DNA of 64,000 bases from an uncultured bacterium (GTDB lineage: Bacteria; Verrucomicrobiota; Verrucomicrobiia; Verrucomicrobiales; DEV007). The stretch's first letter is position 1. Each line of letters begins with the position of its first letter. Below are positions 20,080 through 29,749 of this stretch, one piece after another. The DNA lies in assembly GCA_963977015.1 (NCBI GenBank), contig CAXBMO010000006.1, forward strand, positions 32,001 through 96,000, written 5' to 3'. Under the pieces are notes generated by a model. The model made no database searches. It was not told where the DNA came from and saw nothing but the letters and a program-made list of their open reading frames with translations. A program made the translations under genes and the position numbers.

Positions 20080-20394
20080 ATGAATTCAACCCCTGTTCCG
20101 CAGTTTCTGAGTTTGGTGGGGCCGATCCTTCTGGCCATGGTCTATCTGTTCGGAATCGTCTATGCTCTGGTCAACCTCTCGAAAGCGCGCGGACCAGCGA
20201 TCATGGCGTTGTTGGGCTGTGCGATCATTTTGATGATGATGGTGGGGCAGCAGGTGTTCTTTCGCACGGTCGTGACCCGGCCCGGGTTCGATCACCAGAT
20301 GATGCCTGTCTTGATGTCGGCGATGGCGGTCCCGGCGGCGGTTGGGCATGCGCTGATCATCGTCGCCGTTTTTGCCGGGCGGAGGGAAAACTAG
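20080..20394 (+). CDS. Small membrane hypothetical protein (3 TM)
   Basis: 104 aa with three hydrophobic helices. Confidence 0.7.
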   Translation: MNSTPVPQFLSLVGPILLAMVYLFGIVYALVNLSKARGPAIMALLGCAIILMMMVGQQVFFRTVVTRPGFDHQMMPVLMSAMAVPAAVGHALIIVAVFAGRREN

Positions 20395-20424
20395 GGAAAG
20401 GCGTTTTGCGTTCCGTCGGCCTAG

Positions 20425-21807
20425 CTAAATGATCTCGGCAATGGGCGTTCCCCCATCGAGAAGATGCACGGGACGGCCCGTGTGGTCGTTGAAGGTGACC
20501 TTGCGGTAGTCGATTCCGAGGACGTGGTAGATGGTGGCGAGAACATCGCAAGGGCGTAGCGGACGCTCAATGGGGTGCTCCGCTTTCGAGTTGGTGGCTC
20601 CGACGACCTGACCCATCTTGAGTCCTCCGCCCGCGAGGACGACGCTCATGGAATTGCCCCAGTGATCGCGCCCCGGAATCGGGATTCCCGGTTGCCCGGA
20701 GTTGAGTTTGGGCGTTCGGCCGAATTCACCCATGATGACGACCAAAACGTCATCGAGCAGGTGGCGGTCGGCGAGATCCTGCATCAAACCACCGACGGCC
20801 TGGTCGAGATAGGGGAGGCGATCCTCCAGCGCGGTTTTGATCTTGGAATGGTTGTCCCAATGCGGCATGTCCACCGTGACAAAGCGAACGCCGGCCTCGA
20901 CCATGCGCCGCGCCATGAGCGTGTAGTGACCCCAGGGACCACGACCGTAACGGTCGCGGGTTTTGGGGTCTTCTTTTTCGATGTCGAAGGCTTCCTTGGC
21001 TTTCCCCCCGATCACCATGTCGACCGCCTCTTGATTGAACCGGTCCATCGAGTCCATCAACCCGCTTTGGTCCAGGTTCCGGTTCAGCTGATCGAGCGAA
21101 CTCAGCAGGTCCATGCGGGAAGAAGTTCGGCCTCCATCACTGGCGATGTTGCTCAGAAAGGTCGGCGCTTTGATCGCCGCAGTGGACCTCCCCGCGAGAT
21201 ACTTCTGCTTCATGTTCACCTGAAACGGATCATACGAGGGACCCAGATACGCGCTTCCCATGTAGCCGGGATAGAGATAGACGCTTTCTGCTGCGGGCAG
21301 CCCAACGTAGGCGGGGATGCCGGGCGTGACCGCCCCCTTCAGCTTTGCCACGCAGGATCCGACCGATGGATACATCTGCTCCTTGTTGGCCGAAGTGCTT
21401 CCGAATCGTCCCGTCAGCATCCAGTGCGCCGCGGCAAAGTGATCGCCCGTATCGTGATGCACGGAGCGTAGGAAACACATCTTGTCCGCATGCTTGGCAT
21501 GTTGGGGCAGCATCTCGGAAATCCGGATTCCCGGGACGTTGGTGGCCATATCGCCCCACGGACCACGATACTCGCTGGGCGAATCCGGCTTGGGATCGTA
21601 GGTCTCCAATTGGCTGGGACCGCCATCCAACCAGAGCAGAATCACGGACTTGCCATTGTCGCTTGAGTTCGCCTCCGCGTGCAGTCTGGCCAATCCCGCG
21701 GTCGAAAGCCCGAATGCGCTCAACGCCCCGCTTTTCAGGGCGGTGCGCCGGGTCATTCCCTGGCAATTGCGACCAGCACGAGTCGTAGAATCTGAAATGG
21801 TGAGCAT
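20425..21807 (-). CDS. DUF1501 domain protein
   Basis: WLDGGPSQLETYDPKP, ARRMVEAGVRFV, WDNH, MGEFGRTP, GRDHW. SD-like GGAGA before the ATG at 21807. Confidence 0.92.
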   Translation of the reverse strand: MLTISDSTTRAGRNCQGMTRRTALKSGALSAFGLSTAGLARLHAEANSSDNGKSVILLWLDGGPSQLETYDPKPDSPSEYRGPWGDMATNVPGIRISEMLPQHAKHADKMCFLRSVHHDTGDHFAAAHWMLTGRFGSTSANKEQMYPSVGSCVAKLKGAVTPGIPAYVGLPAAESVYLYPGYMGSAYLGPSYDPFQVNMKQKYLAGRSTAAIKAPTFLSNIASDGGRTSSRMDLLSSLDQLNRNLDQSGLMDSMDRFNQEAVDMVIGGKAKEAFDIEKEDPKTRDRYGRGPWGHYTLMARRMVEAGVRFVTVDMPHWDNHSKIKTALEDRLPYLDQAVGGLMQDLADRHLLDDVLVVIMGEFGRTPKLNSGQPGIPIPGRDHWGNSMSVVLAGGGLKMGQVVGATNSKAEHPIERPLRPCDVLATIYHVLGIDYRKVTFNDHTGRPVHLLDGGTPIAEII

Positions 21808-21890
21808 GGGGTTTCTCCTACCATTTAAACACGAATTCTTGCGGCCCCGCCTTTCATCGGGATTTGCAGAAGCCACTCCTGCGCTTCTCC

Positions 21891-22655
21891 TCAATACGTC
21901 GCCCGGCCGCCGGAGAGATCGAACACCGCACCGGTCGAAAACGAGCAATCGTCAGAACTCAACCAGGCGACCATCGCCGCGGCTTCCTCCACTTTGCCAA
22001 AGCGGTTCATGGGGATTTTGCTGAGCATGTAATCGATGTGCTCCTGGGTCATCTGTTTGAAGATATCGGTCTCGATCACGGCCGGCGTGATGCAGTTGAC
22101 GATGACTCCCTTGTCGGCCAACTCCTTGCCGAGAGACTTGGTCAGGGCCAGGACCCCGGCCTTCGCGGCGGAATAATGGCTCGCATTCGGGTTCCCTTCC
22201 TTTCCGGCAACCGAGGCCATGTTCACGATTTTTCCCCCGCCGTTCTCGATCATCGAGGGAACGATGTGATGGCAGGTGAGGTAGGGACCAACGAGGTCGA
22301 TCTCGATGACCTTGCGCCATTCTTCGGGCGGAATTTCCCAGGTTGGCCGGGTCAGGCCCGCGATCCCGGCGTTGTTGACGAGAATATCGATCCGGCCTCC
22401 GAACTTCTTGAGCGTTGATGCGGTGGCCGCGGCGACCGAATCCGATGTGGTCAGTTCAACCGTCTCCGTCTCGACGACTCCCTCACCGGGTTCGCTCCGC
22501 AGCTTTTCTGCCGCCTCCGGCAAGGCATCGGCGTCCCGGTCCCAGATGGAGACATTCGCGCCCGACGCACGCAGGCGCTGACAAATTGCAAAGCCAATGC
22601 CGCGAACTCCGCCGGTGACGACCGCGGACCGATTCTGAAGATCAATCTGGTTCAT
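21891..22655 (-). CDS. SDR family NAD(P)-dependent oxidoreductase
   Basis: TGGVRGIG, NNAG and YSAAK catalytic motifs. Confidence 0.95.
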   Translation of the reverse strand: MNQIDLQNRSAVVTGGVRGIGFAICQRLRASGANVSIWDRDADALPEAAEKLRSEPGEGVVETETVELTTSDSVAAATASTLKKFGGRIDILVNNAGIAGLTRPTWEIPPEEWRKVIEIDLVGPYLTCHHIVPSMIENGGGKIVNMASVAGKEGNPNASHYSAAKAGVLALTKSLGKELADKGVIVNCITPAVIETDIFKQMTQEHIDYMLSKIPMNRFGKVEEAAAMVAWLSSDDCSFSTGAVFDLSGGRATY

Positions 22656-22776
22656 TGCCGTCCATGCTGGACGCGACCGGCTTTCGGTTCAAGTGAAGGA
22701 CGTTGGCAAGGTTTCCACAGGAAAATCGAGAAGCATTCGGTTTGCACCGGCAGAAATCTCCGCCTGATTGGTAGCA

Positions 22777-24906
22777 ATGAAACCACCACTTAAGCTGTTT
22801 GGGTTCCTGTTTGTGTTGGCGTTGTTACAAGCAGGATGGGCAACCGATCGAGCGCTCCTGATCGGGGTCAGCGAGTATCCGAATTTGGAGCGGGAACATT
22901 GGTTGGAAGGACCGGTTTACGATGTGGAATTGGTGGAAAAAATTCTCTTGAGCAAACGCTTCGGATTCGCTTCGAAGCATATTCAAAAACTGTCAGGATG
23001 GCCAAAGGAGGAAAAGAGTCGTCCGACAAAGGCGAACATTCAGGCTGCGTTTCGCGACTTGGCAGAGGATGCCAAGGAGGGTGACCAGGTTTACATCCAA
23101 CTTTCCGGCCATGGCTCGCAACAGCCGGCAAATGCCGACCCGAAAGACCTTGAGCCGGATGGCCTCGATGAGGTTTTTCTTCCGGCGGACACGAGTGAGT
23201 GGGATCCGGTTACGAAACAGATAACCGGTGCCATCGTTGATGATGAGGTTCGGGAGTGGGTGGACGCCATTCGGCGCAAGGGAGCCTTTGTGTGGATTGT
23301 CTTTGATTCCTGCCATTCGGGAACGATGACCCGGGGAACAGAGAGCGACCAAAGGGTGAATCGGAGAATCGATCCGGTAGCGTTGATCCCGGCGGAAGCG
23401 TTGGCAAGCGGCGCAGGGTCGGTGAGGTCGATCGAAACCCGGGGCGATTTTGGGGCCGATCCTGAAGCTCAGGTCGGTAGTTCCGATTCCATGGGCGGAT
23501 TGGTCGCGATGTATGCAGCGCAATCGCTGGAGCCCACTTTTGAGATGCCACTACCCTCACCGGTGAGTCATCGTCACGGCATTTTCACGTTTATGCTCAT
23601 GCAGGTGCTGGCTTCGACCGACAAGGCTCTTTCCTATCGAGAACTGGCAGACTCCGTAAGCCTGATTTACCGGGCGAATGGAATATTTCAGCCGACACCG
23701 CTGATGGAAGGGCCTGATGTAGATCGTGAAGTGCTGGGGCGTGAGACCTTGCCCGAAAAGGCGCCGGTGCGGTTTACCGGACGTGTTTATCCTGGCGTGG
23801 GTGCCGAAATTGACGCGGGTTCCCTGATGGGGGTTTCGGAAGGGAGCGTGTTGGAAGTGTATCCTCCGGCGGTGGCGGATCGCGCGGAGGTTCCATTGGG
23901 AACGGTGGAGGTTGTGAAGTCGGGCTCGACGACTGCTCTCGTGAAGCCCAAAGCCTGGAGGGGCAATCCCGCGGTGCCAATGGAGGCGCTTGCGGCTGGT
24001 TCGCGTGCCAACGTGCTGTATCGCGATTTGGGACGCAAAGAACTGGGAGTCGCATTGCAAATGGAGGACGCCGACGGTGTTCTGACCCCGTTTTCCATCG
24101 CGACGCCTCCCAAAGCCGTTGAGCAGGATGTCCGGAAGCTTCATATCACCGCGAAGGCGAGCTGTTCCTTTGTCAAGGATGCGGGCGAGGCGGAATGGAT
24201 TGCGCGATTCCATTCGGGAGGTGGCGTGACCCTGTTGCCGGTCAGCGGATGGTCGAAAGCGTTTCCTACCATGGCTGGCCAGGAAATTGGGCACCAGTTT
24301 GGCCTCAGAGACGGCACAGAAGCCGCGAGCGCACTTCAGCGAGTGGCAAGGGCACGTCAATTGGTCGGGGTTGCCGCGAACGGAGCGGACGGATTGCGAA
24401 TGGAAATTGAGTTGCTGCGTTTTGCACCGGGGGAAGCGGATGGTAGGCCCGTAACCCATGGTCCCCAGGGACGCGTGCTCAGTCACGGAGATGAGATTGC
24501 GTTCCGAATCAAGAATCACAGTTCGGTTTCGATCGATGCGACCCTTTTGTTTGTTGATAGCTCGTACGGGATTTATGCCTTGTTTCCAGAGCCGGGAACG
24601 GTGGATGACAACCGGCTCCCGCCCGGAGGAGAGTTGGTGACGCCGAAGTTGGAGGTTACCGCGGATACCAGCGGGTTGGAGCAGGTGGTCGCATTGGCCG
24701 TGCGGTCCACCCGCGACCGAGTGAGTTTTGCCTGTCTGGAACAACCGTCGATTGAAACCACCCGTGGCGATGCCGCGCTGAATTCCCCGTTGGGCGAATT
24801 GTTGAAGTCGGTGGTCTATGGAGAAGGCGATACCCGTGGGCTCCGGCGTTCTGCAAGTGGCGACCACGCGACCAAGCTGATTTCGTGGACGACCATACCA
24901 CGATAG
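22777..24906 (+). CDS. Caspase-family (peptidase C14) protease with signal peptide and C-terminal DUF4384-like domain
   Basis: RALLIGVSEY, SGHGSQ (His), E.DGLDE, FDSCHSG (Cys), HGIFT, QPTPLMEG. C-terminal GDEIAFRIKN..LLFVDSSYGI.ALFP..G.EQVVALA. Confidence 0.9.
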   Translation: MKPPLKLFGFLFVLALLQAGWATDRALLIGVSEYPNLEREHWLEGPVYDVELVEKILLSKRFGFASKHIQKLSGWPKEEKSRPTKANIQAAFRDLAEDAKEGDQVYIQLSGHGSQQPANADPKDLEPDGLDEVFLPADTSEWDPVTKQITGAIVDDEVREWVDAIRRKGAFVWIVFDSCHSGTMTRGTESDQRVNRRIDPVALIPAEALASGAGSVRSIETRGDFGADPEAQVGSSDSMGGLVAMYAAQSLEPTFEMPLPSPVSHRHGIFTFMLMQVLASTDKALSYRELADSVSLIYRANGIFQPTPLMEGPDVDREVLGRETLPEKAPVRFTGRVYPGVGAEIDAGSLMGVSEGSVLEVYPPAVADRAEVPLGTVEVVKSGSTTALVKPKAWRGNPAVPMEALAAGSRANVLYRDLGRKELGVALQMEDADGVLTPFSIATPPKAVEQDVRKLHITAKASCSFVKDAGEAEWIARFHSGGGVTLLPVSGWSKAFPTMAGQEIGHQFGLRDGTEAASALQRVARARQLVGVAANGADGLRMEIELLRFAPGEADGRPVTHGPQGRVLSHGDEIAFRIKNHSSVSIDATLLFVDSSYGIYALFPEPGTVDDNRLPPGGELVTPKLEVTADTSGLEQVVALAVRSTRDRVSFACLEQPSIETTRGDAALNSPLGELLKSVVYGEGDTRGLRRSASGDHATKLISWTTIPR

Positions 24907-24911
24907 TCGCC

Positions 24912-27719
24912 TCAAAGTGATCCGCTCTGGCCGGAGAGAATGAATGCGGCCCAGTAGGCGGGGTGCTGATACATTGCACCGTCTAAAAGTTCCAAACGCG
25001 CCGTTCGCAGACTGGTCGCGATGGGCTGACCGTCTTTCAGTTGCCGGTAAAAGGATGCCATCAACCGCTGGGTTGCATCATCGTGGACCTTCCACAGGCT
25101 GATGACCTGAGTTTCGGCTCCCGCGAGGAAGAGTCCGCGCCGCAGGCCAAAAACCCCTTCTCCGGTCACGATATCTCCCACGCCGGTTTCGCAGGCACTC
25201 AGCACGGCAAGCTTCGTGCCGCGTAGATCGAGACCGGTCAGTTCCAGTCCGGTCAGAATGCCGTCTTCGCCCGCTCCGCCGGAAAGCTGGTTGGCGCCGG
25301 CCAGGGCAAGACCGGTTCGGAGAAGTGGACTCTGCAGAACGAAAAACCCTGGCGCCGAACTGTCGGTCGTTTGTGAAGGCGGGGGCGTCTTTTTGCGTTT
25401 CAATCCTCGGTCCCCCATTTCGCCCTGGAATCCGTTGCCCTCCTGAAACTGTGGCGTTGCCGCATGGTAGAATCCGTGGGTCGCGATGTGCAGCAGGCTG
25501 GGGTTTCTTGTGGATTTCAGATTTGCTTCGGTGGCATTCGCTCCCGCATAAATTTTTGCGGCGGGCATGAGTTGGCTGAGGGCCTCGGCTTCGACGAGGG
25601 TTCCGGGAAGCGGCGAAAACTGAAAAGTGGCGTCAGGTCCATAGCTGGGTCCCGCGAAGATGGCGGGATGACTTTCTGCGTTGGTGGGAGTTCCGCTTTG
25701 CAACAAGTCGCGACCACTGGACAGATACGAAACCTGGTGAGTTTGCAGCAGAAATTTACCCGAGGCGTCCTGCAATGCGGAGAACGGGACCAAATTCAGC
25801 ACTCCATCCGGGCAGACAATCCAGTTTGACGTCCCGCGTGCCTTTGCCTCGACTGGAGCGACTACCAGGTGATGCAGTGCCCGGCCAAGCTCTTCAAACC
25901 GGTTGTTTCCCGGGGATGCCAGGCTTTGGCGGAATTGTTGGGCTGCGTGGTGGATGTCTCCGTATTCGCCGAGATTGACGGAATCAACACGACCATCTGA
26001 AAAGAGGAGAAATGCAGAACATTGCAGCGGGATTTCGTCCGCTTTTGCCTTGGGAATGTCTTTTCGAAATGGACGGAAAAAAGCATACTCCACCAGGACG
26101 TGATCGGGTGGGATCGCTGCTGCGACTTTGTCGACGCTCACTTCGGTTTTTGTGAAGGCGTCCGGATATCTCTGGCGCAAGTCACGTTCGATGCTTTCCA
26201 CCTGAAGCTGCCATTTTGAAATCTGATCCGTCTGGGCCTTCGATGTGGGGCCACCGGCAATTGCCGCCTTTGCAATGTTGCCCAGGAGGAAATTGCGATG
26301 TTCAACTTGAGCGAGATCCGCCTCTGACCAATGGGATCCACCAGCGTTCCGGGAGGACAAATCGGCGGCGCGCCCTTTGCGTTGCAACAAGGTTAGCAAA
26401 GCCTCGCGTTGCAGACCTTCATGTTCGGGGAATTGGTCCAAACTCAGGCTGAGTGAGAATTGCGTTTTCCCGTTGATGGAATGTAGAAAAGAGAGCTTCT
26501 GGCTTTCTGAACCAAGATACGCAACCTGCTGGAGAAGGGCTTCGTGAATCTGGTTTGCCCGCGAGATGAATTGCAGGGCTTTGTCAGGATCTTTTCGCAA
26601 CGATTCCAAGAGTGCCATGTTTCCAAAAATTTGAGCCATCTTTGGCGACTCCATTCCCACCGCATCCTTGGTTTCAGCGTAGGCCTGACGAAGCAGGTTC
26701 TCAGCAACGCCAAGCTGATTCGCGAAGAGCGCGTGGAAAGCCATGTTGTTCAGATCCGTTCCTTTCATGGGGTATCTGCCGCGATACTCTTTCATGTGAA
26801 GATCGTAAGACTCTTTGACCGCCTGAAAGGCCTCGGTGTGTTTACCCAGTTCGCTGGCCAGATTTGCCTCCATTCCCGCGACGATCGCAAAATCGGGCAT
26901 GCGCATATTGTCCCCTGCTGATACAAGCAACGTTCGCGCTTCATCCAAAAGCTGTTGCGCCTCTTCATACCGTTTTGCTTTTCGGCAAGTTCTGGCCATT
27001 CCGGTGAGCCGGTCAATTCGATACAGGCCTGAGGATCTCGCCAGGGCAAGCTTGTCATAATTGTAGGCCCGGTCGACCTCTCCCAGTGAGGTGTAAAACG
27101 ATCCCAGAGCGGCCAGGGATTGACTTTCGAAACGCATCTTGAGAGGCGGCATGGTCATTCGCGTCGCTTCCAGCGCCTGGTGAAGGGCTTGTTCCGCTGG
27201 CAGATATTGGTTCTGAGCCATCAACGCGGCACCCAGGTCCAGGTAGCTTCCCACCGCGATATTTCTTAGCTCCAGGTTCACTCCGGTCTCGCAAATCGTG
27301 ATCGCCTCCCGGAGGAACCTCTCGGCCTCGACACTCCGATTGAGTTGATGCAAAATACTGCCGTGGGTGGATCGAAGCTTGGCCATGAACACCATGTCTC
27401 GAGTATCCTTGCTTAGTTCCAGAGACCGGTTGGTATGCCTAATCGCGTCCCAGTATTCACGTTGGGTCAGGAGAATCGTTGCCGCCAACTCATGGAATTG
27501 AGCATGGGCGTTGGAAGGCAGGCCTTCTCTGGAGACCTCGGTAAGGGCAATCGCTTCTTCAATCTTCGCCAAGGCCGCCGCTCGTTCTCCCTGATTGAAC
27601 AATGCGACAGAACTTTGAGACAACCTGAGGATCTTCGTCGCATCACAGCGAGCGCTTTCCGGAATCGTGCCGATGGTGATCGCAGCCACCAATCCCAACC
27701 ATGAGAAGGACCTATTCAT
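24912..27719 (-). CDS. TPR-CHAT domain protease with signal peptide
   Basis: TPR-like helical repeats, PDGVLNLVPFSAL, LHIATHG (His), VLSACETG (Cys), SLWKVHD, HPAYWAAF. Probable start MNRSFSWLGL at 27719; the ORF is open to 27926. Confidence 0.92.
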   Translation of the reverse strand: MNRSFSWLGLVAAITIGTIPESARCDATKILRLSQSSVALFNQGERAAALAKIEEAIALTEVSREGLPSNAHAQFHELAATILLTQREYWDAIRHTNRSLELSKDTRDMVFMAKLRSTHGSILHQLNRSVEAERFLREAITICETGVNLELRNIAVGSYLDLGAALMAQNQYLPAEQALHQALEATRMTMPPLKMRFESQSLAALGSFYTSLGEVDRAYNYDKLALARSSGLYRIDRLTGMARTCRKAKRYEEAQQLLDEARTLLVSAGDNMRMPDFAIVAGMEANLASELGKHTEAFQAVKESYDLHMKEYRGRYPMKGTDLNNMAFHALFANQLGVAENLLRQAYAETKDAVGMESPKMAQIFGNMALLESLRKDPDKALQFISRANQIHEALLQQVAYLGSESQKLSFLHSINGKTQFSLSLSLDQFPEHEGLQREALLTLLQRKGRAADLSSRNAGGSHWSEADLAQVEHRNFLLGNIAKAAIAGGPTSKAQTDQISKWQLQVESIERDLRQRYPDAFTKTEVSVDKVAAAIPPDHVLVEYAFFRPFRKDIPKAKADEIPLQCSAFLLFSDGRVDSVNLGEYGDIHHAAQQFRQSLASPGNNRFEELGRALHHLVVAPVEAKARGTSNWIVCPDGVLNLVPFSALQDASGKFLLQTHQVSYLSSGRDLLQSGTPTNAESHPAIFAGPSYGPDATFQFSPLPGTLVEAEALSQLMPAAKIYAGANATEANLKSTRNPSLLHIATHGFYHAATPQFQEGNGFQGEMGDRGLKRKKTPPPSQTTDSSAPGFFVLQSPLLRTGLALAGANQLSGGAGEDGILTGLELTGLDLRGTKLAVLSACETGVGDIVTGEGVFGLRRGLFLAGAETQVISLWKVHDDATQRLMASFYRQLKDGQPIATSLRTARLELLDGAMYQHPAYWAAFILSGQSGSL

Positions 27720-27852
27720 TGATGATGGAATAGCAGATTCCGTACTGGATGGAAACTCAGAAACTCGCTGGCAGAAAAAAGCGGGGCTTCCACTCCCAGT
27801 CTTGATTGATCTGGCGATTTTGGTAGGATTCGAAATTCCCCCCAAAACCTCC

Positions 27853-28242
27853 ATGAATTCCAAAGTTCTGATTTCGTTTTTTCTCGCCGCTCTCACCGCA
27901 ACTTCGTTGGTCAGTTGTGCTTCCAATAGTCAACCAACCCGGAATCGCTATGAGTCGGCGGCGAATGTGATTCGCAAGGGACAGAACCAGGCGCAGATTC
28001 GGAATTATCTGGGTGACCCGAGAAGCCGGGAATTGTCGCCAAAGGGAGAAACCTGGATCTACGGAGGGTCCAAGCGGACCGCCGCAGATGAGCTGGTAAA
28101 TGTCGGAGTGGGGATGATTCCCTATGGAGGTGGCAGCATTCTCCGTGGAATTGGCCGGGCCCAGCGTGCGGATGCGCCGGGAGCGCGAATCACCTTCGAT
28201 CAAAGCGGGCGAGTGACGAATTACGTTTTTGATTTGCCGTAA
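27853..28242 (+). CDS. Lipoprotein, SmpA/OmlA (BamE)-like fold with Gly-rich insertion
   Basis: Lipobox LVSC, IRKGQNQAQIRNYLGDP, ETWIY, ITFDQSGRV. Confidence 0.7.
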   Translation: MNSKVLISFFLAALTATSLVSCASNSQPTRNRYESAANVIRKGQNQAQIRNYLGDPRSRELSPKGETWIYGGSKRTAADELVNVGVGMIPYGGGSILRGIGRAQRADAPGARITFDQSGRVTNYVFDLP

Positions 28243-28330
28243 TCCGGATTTTCCGAGCGAGATTCCGCGAAAAAAAGTCGAATTGTAGGCCCGCAGAGTA
28301 CTCTGATTGGTGTTAGAATAGGGTAGTGCT

Positions 28331-28609
28331 ATGCCTAACGCCTGGACGGAGAAAACCGAGACGGTGCGTCGAAGAGACGTAGGGAAGAGCATTGTCTACC
28401 TGGAGCGATACTTCTTCGAAGAGGACTGGCGTTTTTACATCGATGCCAGTGGCCCCGATTATCGGGTATGGAAACGGACCAAGGGCTCCGAAGATCGAGC
28501 CGTGGAGATCTATCAGCGTTATGTGTTCTGGGTGTGGCTCATCGAGGCTTTTGGCCACTGGTATCCCGCGACCCGTTTTTTAACCTGGGTCATGCACAAG
28601 ACGATTTAG
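28331..28609 (+). CDS. Hypothetical protein
   Basis: 92 aa ATG-started ORF filling the gap between genes; protein-like composition. Confidence 0.5.
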   Translation: MPNAWTEKTETVRRRDVGKSIVYLERYFFEEDWRFYIDASGPDYRVWKRTKGSEDRAVEIYQRYVFWVWLIEAFGHWYPATRFLTWVMHKTI

Positions 28610-28716
28610 AGCAATTGAAGTGAAGGTGTCGCCAACGTCACTGAGGGGATTAGACGCCCCAGCAAGGTCTTCCTTCGGCGAGGCCGCACACCTTCTCGAG
28701 CCACCGGTTTGAACCG

Positions 28717-29397
28717 TCAGTCCACCTGATTCGCCTCACTTTTGACCGTCAAATCCGACAGAGCCTCCATCCATCGATCGGCCATCTTCTTCGCTCCAGC
28801 AGCGTTGGGATGAACCTTGTCGCCGACCGTATCAGTCTTCCAATCAAACCCTTTGGCTTGGTTTACAAGCAACACATGGTATCCATTTTTTGAAAGGCGC
28901 GAAGCAAGTGACTCCAGTTCCTTGTTCAACTCAGGGATGTACGAATACTTGGGAAGCTTTCCCGACGGAATCACCTGTGCCAAGAGAATCCTGACATCGG
29001 GATTGATCACGCTGATGTTTTGGATGATCGCTTCAGTATCGCGCACAATTCCGGGAACCGGCTGATTGTTGCTGAAACTGTTGTGCCCCGAATGGAGCAT
29101 CACGATATCAGCGGGAAACTTCTGATAAACTTCCGTTGAGATACGGCGCAGGTACTTCGTGTTCTTCCCTCCGTATCCCGCATGGGCGGAGGTGGAATCT
29201 TCGTTCGGGCCAATGAACTCATACGCTGCATTCTGCTCGTTCAACTGGGGGATCAAGACTTGCCGGTAACAGACAAAAGACGTTCCGCCTGCCGTAATCG
29301 AGTCTCCGAATGCCAGGACCGTGGGCGCTTCTCCCGCCAAAGCAGGAAAACCCGCCAAAACGAAAACTACCATCCAGATGTGCCAGAGCTTGTTCAT
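28717..29397 (-). CDS. SGNH/GDSL hydrolase (secreted esterase)
   Basis: FGDSIT, GHN and DKVHPN motifs. Signal peptide; SD-like GAGGA. Confidence 0.88.
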   Translation of the reverse strand: MNKLWHIWMVVFVLAGFPALAGEAPTVLAFGDSITAGGTSFVCYRQVLIPQLNEQNAAYEFIGPNEDSTSAHAGYGGKNTKYLRRISTEVYQKFPADIVMLHSGHNSFSNNQPVPGIVRDTEAIIQNISVINPDVRILLAQVIPSGKLPKYSYIPELNKELESLASRLSKNGYHVLLVNQAKGFDWKTDTVGDKVHPNAAGAKKMADRWMEALSDLTVKSEANQVD

Positions 29398-29749
29398 ATC
29401 TCGATCCTCTTTAGCGAACGATTGAGCGCACCCAACGGATGGCAAGTGAAAATCAACCCTGCCGACGAAGTTCACCAAAACAAGTCAACGATACTGCCGA
29501 ACAGATGTTTGAATCTCTAGCCAAGAGAGAACCTGGTTTCGTCAGCACGTATCGGCTTCCGTCTGAGCGACGGTTGGAGTGTCCTGCTCAGGTGGTTTTT
29601 AAGATGTGTTGAAGAAATTCCAAAGGAATCTCAAACGCCCAAATGCTGTTTCAGTGCACCTGTCGCCAATCAAGATGGCCAAGGTCTCGCCCGCCATCAA
29701 TTGACGCTTGAGCGGAACACCTTGGATTTGCAATCTGTGACTCGAAACT

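Noticed and set aside
27720-27926. N-terminal extension of the CHAT ORF and upstream extension of the lipoprotein ORF
   Set aside because: The two extensions overlap each other. Signal peptides begin at the downstream ATGs (27719 and 27853).
22777-28609. Gasdermin or type III-E CRISPR (Craspase) association of the proteases
   Set aside because: No gasdermin-like ORF, cas gene or repeat-spacer array was recognised in the window.
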